Part shown: positions 25,868-39,800 of the stretch, one piece after another | How positions within the stretch are numbered: the stretch's first letter is position 1 | How the letters are laid out: the number at the start of each line of letters is the position of its first letter | From: Phoronis australis | Taxonomy: Eukaryota; Animalia; Phoronida | Direction of reading: 5' to 3' | Assembly (NCBI GenBank): GCA_002633005.1 | Contig: NMRA01000015.1 | Location: forward strand, 380,054 to 444,053 | DNA: 64,000 nucleotides | Translations under genes and position numbers: made by a program | Notes under the pieces: model-generated | Told to the model about the DNA's origin: nothing | The model's database searches: none | Seen by the model: only the letters and a program-made list of their open reading frames with translations

Positions 25868-27216
25868 CCGTATTCACCCTAATAAGCACCCAAGGCGCTT
25901 AGAAAAATTCGCTTCAGGAAGGGGGGCGCTTACTATAGCCCAAAAGTGGTTGAAACGCGGTCTCCGAAACAGGTGAAATCGTAAGCTAGAATTCATCAAA
26001 TTTAGGCTCTGTGACTCATCTGTAACCTACAAAATTGCAGTGCATTGCAATCAAACTTTGTTGTTAAATTTGGAGCATTTTTCAGAAAATCCCAGTGCGA
26101 AAACTTGCCGACTGATGTGTCACTGCCTCGCGATCGCCAGTAGGTCAACTTGAATTCTTGATTAAAAATATTGTTTCGATTCAACAAATTACCTGAAGTC
26201 ATCCTTAAGTTTTCAAAATAGCGTCCTTAATAAGATTTTTAAGTTCCTGTGGAGTCGGGATTAACAGCATTAAGTCCAAATCTGCGCTAGATCGTACTCC
26301 GCAACACAAGAAAAATCTCTGGACGAACACACGTTGTTGTCACGGGATGTTTGTTTTGAAGTTCGTCTGAGTATTGTGTGATTGAGCGAGCATGTGCCTG
26401 TCATCAGAGTACATTTGCCAGAGCAAATGCGATGTAACGATCTAGGTGTTCATTGTAACTAAGGAAATTAAAACCAGCAGTAAAGCAGAACGTGTTTTAC
26501 TTAGCACTTGTTGATCTCATCTGCTAAAAAATGTTCGAGAATTATCTCGATAAGGCCGATGTCATTGAGTCGCTGGGTGACTAAATGCGTGACAGTCTAA
26601 CAGTTATTTTTCAGGAGATTCGGGGGGTGTAAGGTTGTGGAAGTGCTCACTATAGTGGGTCATTCTGACTTTAAAAACACCAATTACGACTAAAATAATT
26701 CCCCCTTAAAAACAACGAAAACGTTTATGGTAAAAAGTTTCAGAAAGAAGTGCCAGTATTTATTTCTTGCCAATGCTATGCTACCCATTTCATGAATAGA
26801 AAGGTCCCGAACAGGCCTTTATCCAGGATTTCAAAATGGGGTTCCCAATATTCCAGGGCATCCGTGATTCTGACGCGTAGCCCCCCCACCCCCAGCAATT
26901 GCCCCAAACACACAGATTTTTTACAAAAAAATGTACAGATCAAGGTTTTTACATCTAAGTTTACAAAACATCCTTCTGTAGTGAGCATTTTTACTAAAAA
27001 AATGTGTAGACCAAGACTTTTACAATGCTATCAACCAAGTGTGAGCATAGCAACATTGTATATACTTTGTATATATATTGTATATTTCTTCCTGCTTGAA
27101 AAGAGCCACCACTGTGAGTCTTCATAGGCTTCCTAGTAATCATTACAATGGGTGTGCAAAGTCAGGAAATACGTGGGGGTGCCTAGGGGCATGGGCGCTT
27201 ATTAGGGCGAATACAG
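25868..27216. mobile_element. Non-autonomous Tc1/mariner (pogo-like) element
   Basis: TA flanks. TIRs CCGTATTCACCCTAATAAGCACCC / GGGCGCTTATTAGGGCGAATACAG. Confidence 0.8.
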
Positions 27217-28670
27217 TACTACTGAAGTCATTGTAATATTGCCTCAAGCTATGTGTCTAACTTTCTGTTTAGTGCTATTAAAAATAGTGGTTTTGGATGT
27301 AGAAATTGTGCCATGGTATAAGATAAGTGTTTCACTTTGCTTGTAGAACAAAATCATCTTGGTGTAGTCATTCACTGCCCATTGTTGAGCAGAGGCAAGG
27401 ATCTTCATCATTATGTAACAGGTGATACGTTTCTTGAAAATCAAACTGTGGTCAACTTTTATCACTTAGTTCCTTTGTCTACAAACTTTTCTACAGGTGT
27501 AAAATAGCAAACTGAACACTATCTGCCAGAATATCCTGTCCTTGAGTGAGCAATAACTTCTTTGCCCAACTTTTCTTTGCAACTAAAATGGCAATTAGTG
27601 GGTGGAGAGGCAATTTCCACTTGCGACGTGCGCACAGAAGCAATATGCCCATGCACATTCAAGTGCAAAATATTGCCAAAAATCCTCTAACATGATCAAT
27701 GTGCAGGAGTGTCACATAGTAACATTTTATTGCACCGATCAAGAATATGAGCGGAAAAAGTAAAATACAAGAAGCAAAATTGACCTTACTATAGTATCGC
27801 TTGTACCAGGTGCTGACTAGATAGGATATTTGGCGTATTACTTTTTCTTTGTTTGCCACTATTTACGACCCCAAATCCGGAAATATAAGTGTGAAATATG
27901 CTGTTACTCCTATTATCGAGCGCATACGTCCACCTCTAGGGAGCGCTGCATTTACTCTTAAATTGTTCAGGACTACTATTTTTAATGATTCTATTTCCAT
28001 TCTCACCATATTCTTCGTTTAGTATACTTAATAATGCATTAACATATCCATAGCTTGGCTTTGTTGAAGTGACTATGAAGTTTGACAGTTTTTAGACATG
28101 GCTACAAAGAAAAACTTTTCGTAGCCAATTTCACTTAGTATTATAGCCTTGGCAGGAAGGGCACATTTTCGATACCTAGCAGAAAATTTTTATGTGAGTA
28201 AAAAAGCAGACAAGGTAGAGGGATTAGGTCATTGTTTCCCTTGCTTGAGGCAAACTGTAGGCAACTAGCCCCAAGTAGTAGATTGTCAACAAAAACAGAA
28301 AGTTAATTCAAGTTTTAATGTAGTAAAGTGATGATAGAGAAGGCGTAGCAATACGCCTATAGCGATATAACTGTAACAATATAAGAGTAACGATAAAATA
28401 ACATGGTATGTCATTAAATAATTCATGCATTGCTGGCAGATTACATGCTGGTAGTATACCCTGTTTGCTCTGTTCCATTGTTCACCACACCAACATACCA
28501 CCTTGGTGTAATAAGCAGTCATGAAAATTCCAATTTGCAAAAATCTCCAAGTTCCACTTTCATTGTCCTTACGTTTCAGTTTGCTTGAACATGTAGCGGC
28601 ATTGCACAGTTTTATACATACATGTATTTTCCAACGGCAAGATGTCAATAATTTTTCAACCAACAATACC

Positions 28671-28968
28671 AGAATGCTAAGGTACACCCTGGGTGGACAT
28701 CTTACCCCACCCTAACTAGAATGCTAAGGTAATACACCCTGAGTGGACATCTTACCCCACAAACTAGAATGCTAAGGTACACCCCGAGTGGACATCTTAC
28801 CCCACCCTAACTAGAATGCTAAGGAATTACACCCTGAGTGGCCAACTTCGGTTACTCCACCCTAACTAGAATGCTAAGGTATACCCTGAGTGGCCATCTT
28901 ACCCCACCCTAACTAGAATGCTAAGGTACACCCTGAGTGGCCATCTTACCCCGACCCTAACTAAATGC
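28671..28968. repeat. Minisatellite, ~47-bp unit, ~6 copies
   Basis: AGAATGCTAAGGTACACCCTGAGTGGACATCTTACCCCACCCTAACT units. Confidence 0.95.
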
Positions 28969-30259
28969 CCATGGTAAACACCATTTTCAAAAAGTTTTTG
29001 AAAATGTGTCAATAGAAGCAGTTGAGACAATTCTGGACAGGTATGCTTTGCTACAAATTACGGAAATTTTTTACTTATTTTGCACAAAAATATTTACCAG
29101 TAATGCGTGCCCCAAACTCAAATGGCATACCATAACATCAAAGGCCGAAGGTACCAACACTCCAAGTGTCAGATTGACCCATTGAGTATGCTCAGCCAAG
29201 CTTTATTAAGTGTGATGTTACATGGTCATAAACAGCAGTATACAACACAGTAGAATTTCTGATTAAATTTAAGAAAAATTTTCAAGAAAAATAACCTGAA
29301 AATTCTGGAGAATAGGTTCGTCATTGGTCTCTAGAGGCATTGCAGTATATAAATTGGTCACTTACTTAGAGACGTCTCTAAGTAAGTGACCATTTTATAT
29401 ACAACCTGTGAAATGATTTTTAGCCTAAATGTTAGCAAATCTTTGAATTTTTCAAAATTGATGCACACTAATGAAGAATCATAACCAGAACTGACACTGG
29501 GTGGTTGATATTGATGTAGGATTGATACAATTTGTGCAATGACATCAGTATTGATATGACTGGTACATTGATGTGCGAATTGATACAACTTGTATATTTT
29601 GTTTTATGACATCTACACGTTGCAAACAATGCTGGCACTAGACTAAACTTTGTTTAATCTTTACTTATGTGGAGAAATTTGACAAAATAGAATTTCACTC
29701 ATTGGCCATATTCTATGAAGAATTAAACAATTAAACAATGGCTAATATAAGAAAATCACTCTCCAAAAGTCAGTTTCTTGGCCCATGATTCGCAATTTTT
29801 AGTATCAGCCATGGAATTTCTGCTTGCAAACATTAATTATGGTCAAAATTCTATGAAACTTGTAGCATGACGCAGACTCAGTGCAAAGACTTGGTAAGTT
29901 TTTGAAAGTGCCAGACATTAACTCACGTCAATGTTTATTCCAGTTTGTCCAAATGTGTTCAACTAACGAAATGATTTATGTAAATGTGACTTCAGCCAAC
30001 TAATTACACAGTTAAATTAAGAACATGGTGACATTCGTAAAAAATGGTAAAACCCGTAATTTGCCCTGTTTTGTGTTCTTCCATCCATAATCATCATTGC
30101 AAGTTGTATTAAACACATACTGATACACATGCAACATAGTATGCAAATAACACAATTCTGACAATGTACACAATAATTAGGAGCATGCAGTAGAATAATT
30201 ATCAACAATTAACTCTGCCAAACATGAAACAAGAAATGTTTAGTAATAGATCGAACACA

Positions 30260-33200
30260 CAGGGCTCGACGTTATGAAAATTGCCAGGTCGCATTTTGTG
30301 TCCAAGCCAAAATCTCAGGTCGCATTCTCAAAATCCAGCCTGCATTCATCAATGCCAGGTCGCAAAAATTTCCCGTCATTTTTACGACTACCATCGCAAA
30401 GACTCCGGCGTAGCCAACGCTCGGCTACTGAGGTCAGCCATGACTCATCGCGAGGATTCATCGAATTAGCAACAGTACACGTTTAGGTAATAAATTAGAG
30501 GAAAAAGTTTCTTGATCAACAAACGTCTTATCTTTATCGCCATATCTTGAAACTGATGCTAAGTACGAGGCTGAAGTGAACAGTTGCCGTGTCACAGTGA
30601 CTACCCAGACGTGCTAGCACAGTGCGTAATTGGCAGCAAATCGGCACCGGCTTTACTGGCCGTTAAAATGTAAAATAGAAAAGAAACATCCACACAATGT
30701 TTCGACAAACAAAAACAAGTTTTACCTCAAAACAGAGAGCTCCACAACTGTGCTTGATTTTGCTGCCAGGACTCAGTAACCGGCGAAGTACCGGTAATTC
30801 CCCGGCCTGCAGTCACCCGGTGACTCTTCACCAGGAAAATAATCACTTGCTAAATTGGCTTTGATTGTCAATTATCAGGGAAAATATATTTTCAAACCTC
30901 ACAAAAACAAACTTACAATATATACCTCTGTTGTCTAAATATAAAAATTCCGCACCACAAACCGGGACGGGGGGAGTGTAGTGAATTTTAGTCAATGAGC
31001 TGAATGTTGGCGATGAGAAAATATTGCAATGTTAGGAGCATGAAGCAGTATTTTTTAATCTGTCGCAGGAATTTCACTCATTCAGGGCCGAGTAGCTAAT
31101 TAATGTTTTCATCTTGCCCCGTGGAGTACAGATGTCCGCGCAGCGTATAGGAATGTTTCTGGCTAAGTGAGGATTATTCGTTTTACTAAAACTCATTAAT
31201 ACTAATATTATACCATTTGGCACCATGGCAAGTTTTCTACCTAAAGTTATTTCGCCACCAAATGTTAGCCCATTCTCTTGGCAGTCAGCCGCCCGACCAT
31301 AGCAAAGTCGCATCTAAATTCATTTTCCATATTTTCGCAAGTTTAACTGTCAGGATATTGTAAATGTATAGCAATTTTATTCAAAAATTCCAGTGATGTT
31401 GCATGTTAGGTGTTCTGTTTATATTGTTTGTTTACCAGAGTTAATTAAAACCAGTAAAACACGGTTAGCCTAGCTCGCCATAAATGTCGGCCCCGGTTGT
31501 TATTCAATCGTTGGCGCAGGACTGTTACTAGTCCGTAATTTTATACAAGTGTCTGAAACTATCTTTGTATGTATACGGCATTCATGATTTGAACCATTTA
31601 TTCTGATAAAACAGCCGGGGACAGCATGCCTTCGTCTTTTGTCAGTGAGAACTGGTCTCGATCGGTCTGCACTGGGTCATCAGTTCCAGGTCCGAGCCCC
31701 GCAAAATTTATTTTGCCACATTTTGTCAACATTTTCAGTACAAATTGTCCCTATTTTGGTTTTATTAAAGTTGAGGTCCCCTATCGATTATTTCATCCCC
31801 ATTTGCAGGCTGGTAACAGACACTGCTCCAGTCGCACAGCCGGCATATACTAAACCCGGGTTCCTGAATGAATTGTACTTCCAGGTTCGCAACATGGTTA
31901 GTTCAAAATGGCAGTGTGATCTTCGGGTCGGAATTGTGAGTGACGCGTTTATTTAAACTTTCTTCGACTACGGATTGTGCACTGGTTATAAGATCAATAC
32001 TGCGTGCTTCCTTATAATGTCCTCTCACCATTTAATAAAGGTTAAAAATGGGAGCTTCTAGGACTTTTAACTAGACGTTTGAAAGATATCCTGTCGAAAA
32101 AATCCGTGAAATGTTGCACTAGCCCAATGATGTATTCGGATGCGCGAGAACAATTCAGTGCAAATTCACAACAAAATGTGGAACTTTCCATAAAACGAAA
32201 AGCTTTGAAATAATTCCTGACTCTGTGCGATGTCCATCAGGTAATTTGAGTTGGCTCCGCAATACCTTCCGTGCATGGGAAAAATAGGTCAGTCACAAAA
32301 TGACACGCAAGTCACTAGTGCTAACTTTCTTTCGGAGCCAGGGTTTGGTTTTTACATATTGAGAAAAGACTTTTTTGAAAACTGAATTTGCTGTTGTGTA
32401 AAATGAAAGTGACTCACGAAATAGGCTGCATGTCAATTTCAAACCATGGGGACGTCGTTTTAGAGCGCAATGACGAGCGCTAGCCTGAACTGCCTGGGCG
32501 CTCAAGTTGAAATTTTCAAAAGTTGAGGGGAATTCTTAGAAGAGCAGTGAGTGCTTAACATGAGAAACATTTCAAAGGTAGGGAGTAGGTGCATGCGTGA
32601 GCATAGTCGTTAACGGTAAACTGAGTGTTTTGCAGCAATAAGAGATTGAAAAGCTGCAATAGTAAGAAATGTTATTATAATAGGATTTTGCGAGGCAAAC
32701 TCTACCTAGTAGTGGTGACTTTCTGGCTATCGTCACCCGGAATAATGATGGTTTTATTTGCCCGCTTCAGCCGGAACTTTTCTTTACGGCATGGCCCGGG
32801 AGCAAAAAATTGGCAGGTGTATGAAGAGAAGAATAAAAAGTTCACTAACCACAATTTCGCATCTACCTGTTTTGTTGCAATAACTGGCTATGGGCATAGA
32901 ACATCGAGCCTAGGGAACATCGACCCAGTGAAACATCGGAATAGGAAAATCACAGTACTGAGTTACATCAGTCCGGGGGAATATCGTAAAGCATCGGGTC
33001 TTTCATAACCGCCGGGAATCCATTAGGTTCATTGTCAAATAATCCATTGGAACCCAGGTGCTTAACAGAGCCAAGCCGGTACACTCTTTCATTTAGGACT
33101 GTCGCAGCTTTGGAGTTCAGGCACTTGAATCGCCTTTACGTTGGCAACAACATGTGACAGACTACTCATAATTGTCGAACACGTAGCCCCATAAACAAGT

Positions 33201-33870
33201 AAAGGGTATGAAAATTACTTGGCGACTCAAAAACAACTTTGCTGAAAGTAGAGACATGGCCATCTTTTGGCTATTAATAAGGCTGTCATTTTCACATTTA
33301 CTGGGTTTTTTGCGATAAAAAACGTGACACATATTTCCACATCACAATAGTCTGCCACAGCTTGCGCGCTAGCAACGGCACTGACCAGTGCCGTAGTCCG
33401 ATATCACTGATATTTTCGCGGATGTTTCATAATAACGTCATGTCTTATGTGAAAAATCAATACGTTTTTCTACCATAAAGTTTAGCAAGTTGATCGTTTA
33501 AGGATTAGTAAAAGACTGCTGTTTTATGACGTTTTATCACGTGTTACACCGTGGTAAGAAACTTTCTTCGGCGCATCAAAAAGATTGATTCTGCATTATC
33601 TCATGTTCATACGATATGCTTACAAGTCATCGGGAGGGCTGTTCTCGGTTATTGTTCTTTTGAACTTGGCAACAACCAAATCACGGTCGGATTCAAACAA
33701 GTTGCTTTATATTTACCAGGTATCTGCCGAGAAGTGTAAAAACTCAGCTCGCAGACTTCAGAAATTCCAGGTCGCATTTTGCGACTTGATACGAGCTGGC
33801 AAAAACTTCAGCTCGCATTTCCAAATTTCAGGTGGCAAATGCGACTTGCAGCTCATAATGTCAAGCCCTG
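30260..33870. mobile_element. 3.6-kb non-autonomous hAT-like element with a 5-bp TSD
   Basis: TIRs CAGGGCTCGACGTTATGA / TCATAATGTCAAGCCCTG. ACACA on both flanks. Subterminal CAGGTCGCA repeats. Confidence 0.8.
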
Positions 33871-34143
33871 ACACAGATACATCAACCAGCCTCAATTTCT
33901 CATGTACACCAACAACAAAACAATAATGAAGACACAATATTGCTTAGCACTAGCTATGGTAAAACACTCGAAAATTATAAAAACGCTTATCTGGAGTTAT
34001 TTTTCTTTGATGAAAAAATTAGAAAGAAGTCAGTTTCTATTATCCATGTATCCTTAGTGAGATTATATCACCAGTGAAAACTTGCCATATCCACTGTTAC
34101 AACACTGTCACCGTTGTTAATTAGGCCTATGTTGTACAATTAC

Positions 34144-34218
34144 CTCAAGGTTGTCCCAGGTGAAAGGACTCTGTCTTGGCTCAGCCATGGTCTGCAGGAA
34201 ATGGGGCCAGTTCAACAT
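34144..34218 (-). CDS. Candidate 75-bp exon holding the ORF1 stop (DVELAPFPADHG*) and the ORF2 start (MAEPRQSPFTWDNLE)
   Basis: Acceptor gtatgtttcag and donor GAG|GTAATT. ACCATGG Kozak context, ATG at 34188-34186. TGA at 34183-34181. Confidence 0.6.
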
Positions 34219-35074
34219 CTGAAACATACGACGGACACTGCTTGTTGTGGTCAAAAAGAAGCAACAGGAAATACACCTAGTAATGTTGGTAACACTGACA
34301 GCAGTTTTACTGACGATCATTAGAAGCCAGCAATTAGTCAGAGTGAGTTAATTGTTGTGTTTGTCACTGCTTGGCTGTGCGGAGATCACAGCTTTCTCCT
34401 GTGGTCACCGTGTCCATTCCAAATACGGAATGTAATCTCGTCATTCGATGAAAAAATATTGCAGCAATATTTGGAAGATAAGCCATGCAGGTGCGGATAA
34501 GCGATGTAGAAATAACCCATGTCTCATTAGTTCTCATCAAGGCACAGAACAAAATCAAAGGGGTCATAAAGTAAAGCTTCCTTCATTTTAGACACAATAT
34601 GGCGGACCAAAATTTCTCAACGAAAATACAAAGAAGCCTGACCTCATAAGCACAGTGTTTTGTGCGATGCTCCTCAACAAATGATGAAGCATTGTTAGCA
34701 ATATAGCAGCTTGCAAGTTATTTTCTTAGTAAAATATAAAAAATAACACAATTCAAGTACTTTGCACAATAATAATTGCAAAAACAAAATTTCATATTTT
34801 CAAACGCTGTCTTCCTAATCAAATTTTTACCACATGCAATTTTATAAAAACAAGTGAAACTTTGTAGTCTTTAATTTTGCTGAGAATTTAGACCTGGAAC
34901 AAATAAAGAGTTGTTCTTTTCCCATACATTTGTTATGCTGAACAATGGTAGTTTACCCTTAGAAATTTCAGAAAAGGTAAAAAGTGAAGACCTGTAAAGC
35001 TATTTACACGCTCTCCACTTCTTCTTTTATTCTCATAAAACACATCTCAACCGTGATAGGATGCTATAGCTGTT

Positions 35075-35663
35075 ACCAACAAGAATATCCAAACCGACAA
35101 GAAAATCCAATCCATCATAGACTCAAGAATAGCCAAACCATTACAGACTCAAGAATATCCAAACCAAATGTCCATACCATTACCAACTCAAGAATGTCCA
35201 AACCATTACAGACTCAAGAATGTCCAAACCATCAGTGACTCAAGAATTATCCAAACCATTACCGACTAAAGAATATCCAAACCATTACCGACTAAAGAAT
35301 ATCCAAACTATTACCAACTTTAGAATATCCAAACCATTACTGACTCAAGAATATCCAAACCATTACAGACTCACAAATATCCAAACCATTACCCACTCAA
35401 GAATATCCAAACCATTACAGAATCAAGACTATCCAAAACAATTAGCAACTCAAGACTAATCCAAACCATTACCAACTCAAGAATATCAAAACCATTACAG
35501 ACTCAAAAATATCCAAACCATTACAGACTCAAGAATATCCAAACCATTACAGACTCAAAAATATCCAAACCATTACCGACTCAAGAATATCCAAACCATT
35601 AGACTCAAGAATATCCAAACCATTACCGACTCAAGAATATCCAAACCATTACCAACTCAAGAA
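35075..35663. repeat. Minisatellite, 26-bp unit ACTCAAGAATATCCAAACCATTACAG, ~22 copies
   Basis: Direct reading. Confidence 0.95.
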
Positions 35664-36275
35664 AACACTTCAGAGTTTATTGGGGTCGGCCAACCCAATG
35701 TTTTTAAACCCCAAAGTACAGCTTTAGATAAGAATTCAACACTGACAGCTCAATAGCAGCAAATTGATGCAGCTTCAAGTGCAAAACACTACCAGTAGTA
35801 TACAAACCAAAAACAAAATTGAGAAAATCACTGTCCCTACTTTAAATTGAAATCATAGGTATAAGAAGAATTCAAAAACACAGTCAAAACAGAAAGCATC
35901 AAGTTGTAACATATTGACCATATTAGCAGAGAGTCATTAATTAATCACTCCTGTCGCACTGTTGAATGCTAGATGACGTAAATACTTCCACTTTAACTGT
36001 CTACACAACTTTTAATCCTTTTAATGCAGAAAATAGGCAAGAAATTGAAATATGAATCGAAAAATATATCAAACATACAAGTGACAAAAACTGTATTGGT
36101 AACTAGAATTGAGGCCCACTGTCAATCTAGGGCGGCTAAAATAACACATCTAGTCAAATTTCAATGAGAAATTCCACTTTGACAGGCAAACAGAAAATGC
36201 AAAAAGAACAGTAACACAACCTACTTGTTAAAAAAAATGTGGTAACATATGTACATTCATACTCTGCAGCCTCAC

Positions 36276-36348
36276 CGCCATCATAAAAGGAAGAGTGATA
36301 CAAGTACTGCCGAGCAGAATGCTCCCCCAGGCATGTTCCAATACCCAC
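36276..36348 (-). CDS. Candidate 73-bp exon (VGIGTCLGEHSARQYLYHSSFYDG)
   Basis: Acceptor gctgtctgcag and donor GCG|GTGAGG. GC-rich and in frame with the 36728 exon. Confidence 0.55.
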
Positions 36349-36727
36349 CTGCAGACAGCTAGTGCTACAAAGAACCATATTTCACACTTCATCAAATACA
36401 TCAGCCTCCTAACAATGGAACAATGCTTCTAATATCTGTTCCCTTTTAATCAGTCATGCTAGTTCCTAGCTGGACAGCCCATCTGACATACCTAGTATGT
36501 CTGACTATGTGAACCACATGCCTACAATTCACAACTGGGTCACAAAAGCAAAAAAAAATGTCTCATGAGGTAAATGGTGAGGCTCATGTGAAATTGATAT
36601 CTCGCATGAAGAATGCGCAATGTGATTGATGCCTGCATGTACACAGCAGGTCACACATTGACACATAACCATTATCAAATAAAACCAGTTTATTTGCTTG
36701 TTTATCTGCAAGTTCACATTAACTTAC

Positions 36728-36871
36728 TTTGGAAATATCAACGACCCACTTTCCAGGCAGGTCCATCAGCTGAAGCTCTCCAACAAAATTTTTATCTCCC
36801 AAACAATTTGTGTGGTATAAGGTGCTTACTGTTTGTGTCTTATGTTTTAAATCATTTATGTAGTTCTCCCA
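36728..36871 (-). CDS. Candidate 144-bp exon (WENYINDLKHK...DLPGKWVVDISK) of an unidentified protein
   Basis: Acceptor cctattcag (weak) and donor AAA|GTAAGT. 48 open, protein-like codons. Confidence 0.55.
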
Positions 36872-39800
36872 CTGAATAGGTTTCACATCAAGATTAAAAT
36901 TCAGCAATATGTATTTTTAACTAAGAGTCCTTTCACATTTTTGCCTGTGCAAGGCCAAATCACGCAATAAGCTGGAGTCTACAAAAGATACAAACCAAGG
37001 GGCATGGCAACAGTAGATAAAAGTTGCCATTGTAACAGCCACTCTTGTCAACATGTGTCAAGTGTAGTGCCCATTACTCAGAAGGGCTCTAAGCCAGGGG
37101 CGATCTAGGATTTTGAGTTGGGGGGGCAGGGCATGAAAGAAACTGGGTTTGACATTTTTAAATCAGCTCCTTGTGCAACCAGGGCGCTAAATTTTACTCA
37201 AGACTGGACTCAAAAGCAACCAATCACACGTCACATTGATTGGTCAATTTCAGGACTTGAAATCCAATAAGTGAAAGTTGCTTTCATGCTAATTGCAATG
37301 CTGTAGTTCTATGTCGGATGTGCAGTGTTAGTGTAACTTGTTTCCATACTTGAACTATAGTAACAGCATCTAGTGTCTGGGCTCAGAACCAACCTATTCC
37401 TCAATCGGTTGACGGACATATTGCTTTTGTGTTCCATTTCTTCCAAGCTCAGAAATTAATTCTATTTCGAGTATGGTCAAGCCCAGACCAATTTAAAGCA
37501 CTAAACTGTCCAATGCACAATAATCTCATGTTTTCACACATTGCACATAACTGATGATTGATGAGCAGTCGCTTGATAGACATTCTAGTTTACAGAGCCA
37601 AAATAGTACATTTTGCAAAGTGGTTGGCAATGTCGAAAAAGTAAGGAACAAGGGGATAGCTAAGGATGGACATCTGGCAAGTGAACATCCACAGGACTTA
37701 GTACACTCAAAAATCCCAATCTATCATCAAACACATTATTCAACATGAACTTCCAGATCAGGTAAAACAAACACTGAAAAAGCATGCTATATTTTCATCT
37801 CATTTACTTCAGTTGGTGTACATTACACGTTTTATACTTTGTTCAAAATCCATGCAAACATGGCATTAGAGACTTCTTTCTTCAATAGATTTTGCACAAT
37901 GCCTGTTTATCAGGAAATTTGACCTAAGGTCCTAGTGTATGGAGTAGAGCAATTATCACATTAGCAATGGTTTTGTGGCAATAAAACATTTGCTCAAATA
38001 CACTGATATACCTATGGACTAAAACTGGTGGTTTCGAGCTGTTTGGCTTTTGAAATTTAGTTATGAAAAAGTTAGGTTACAATGATTTTTACAGGTTACA
38101 ATGATTTTTACTTGTGACGAAAATTAGGCAAAATGGATGTAGGTTTTGGTTTTTTGGAACCCGCTGTTGATAAGTTTTAGTAACAGTGGCAGATAATTGT
38201 CTGCGAGTCCTGATGCTGGACATCAGACCATGAGACAGGAACAGCCATTATAGAGACAGCCATTTTTGAAAAATAACATCTTGGATGACACAGCCAATAG
38301 AGAAAAAAGAAACCTGTTTCAAGACAACTTTATTTGAAAATGACTGCTTAATGCATTTCTGATTGATAAATTTTATTCAAACCTAAATTTGTTGTTTTAG
38401 TTCAATAAACATTCAGAAATAAATTGAGATTACCGGCCAATTTACCGTCTATTTTTACCATAAATGTCACACTGCAGGCAGCTTCTTTTTCCTCCCTGTA
38501 GTGTGACATCGAGGTGACCGCATACAGAATCCCTACACATGGTCAATCTCACCAATTAGGATCCCCACTTTTTGAACCCTAGATGAGTCCCTACAGTGTG
38601 AAAATTGAGAATGCTTAACAAAAATGGACTTAAGAACTCATCTGGATCTAGCCACAGTTAAAAAACTAATGTCGTACGGAGTTGAAACCAAACAAAAGGT
38701 TTTAATAATGATTATATCCAATTCACATTAACCCTAACTGCAAACAAGTTAAATTCTATGAGTATTTGAGCTTTTAAATCTTGGAAAGACTTTAGCTTCT
38801 TGGTTGTGCTTCTGTTTTAAAAAGAAAGATAAGAAAACATATATCTGTTAATTCAAAATTCAAGTTCTAATTTAACTTCTAATCCCGAAAAAATGAAATC
38901 ATAATCATAATCACAAAAATACAGCATTCAACAATTCAGATACACAATATGTCATTAACTCATCAGTACAGTGCATTTTACAACTTATCAAGTTCTTGAA
39001 ACTTTCCAAACTATGTGAACATAAATTATAACTTAACTGTGTTATGCACAGCTGACTGCCCTCTGTGGTCAACGACCTTACAAAGTAGGTCAACTATTGC
39101 CCATTAATCAAATGAGGACATAACAAGCCAGAAAGCCAGACAGTGGTGCTGAAACTTATTGTGAGAGCTGCAAACTCTCCAATGCATGCAGGTTCATGAC
39201 TGCTAGTGTACAACCAGCAGGAATAAACTGAAGGGTTTGCTGTGAGTACAGTTTGTGAATCCAGAATCAAACTTTAGTAACACCATATTTGTGACTGACC
39301 ACTGATATTCAAGTTATGTTTGCTTGGAGTTGTTCTTGATGTTCAGGTAGGGACTCGGAAGGTGCCTCAGATTGCCTGTTTCAGCTAAGAAAGCTACAGC
39401 ATAGGTACCACCGNCACACACACACCCACACACACATAATAGCAGCCTTGAAGCAACAGGGACACCTCGAAAGTTCTTTTAACTTAGGGGCATTGAAAAA
39501 AGAGTGAGACTGTATGGGGGGGTGCCTTGAAATTTGAGGCGACTGGCCGGGAGGAGTTAAGCTGAAAAATTGTGGCGACTTTGGAGAGAGGGGAATAGTG
39601 ATGACTGAAAGCAGCTCAAGTTCCGTCTGACAAAATTTCTCGTTTGGGGGCAATCTCTAAAATTTGGGACACAGAAATTTTAAGTTGAAATTGAATTATC
39701 TTGATTCTGAAGATTAGATACGAGCAAGTTGGGGGTTCATCGTGTTTCTTAAATATTGGACACTACACTTTGTAACAACAGAGTCAGAAAATTAAGACTC

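Noticed and set aside
34181-34183. TGA as selenocysteine or readthrough
   Set aside because: A second in-frame TGA follows 12 codons later, and no SECIS was seen.
34144-34218. LNWPHFLQ...NLE as a PR/SET domain (PRDM) motif
   Set aside because: Only a weak resemblance to NWMRYV...QNL. No other PR-domain exons were found.
34984-35459. Repetitive ORFs (QEYPNH...)
   Set aside because: Translation of a 26-bp tandem repeat whose unit is not a multiple of 3.
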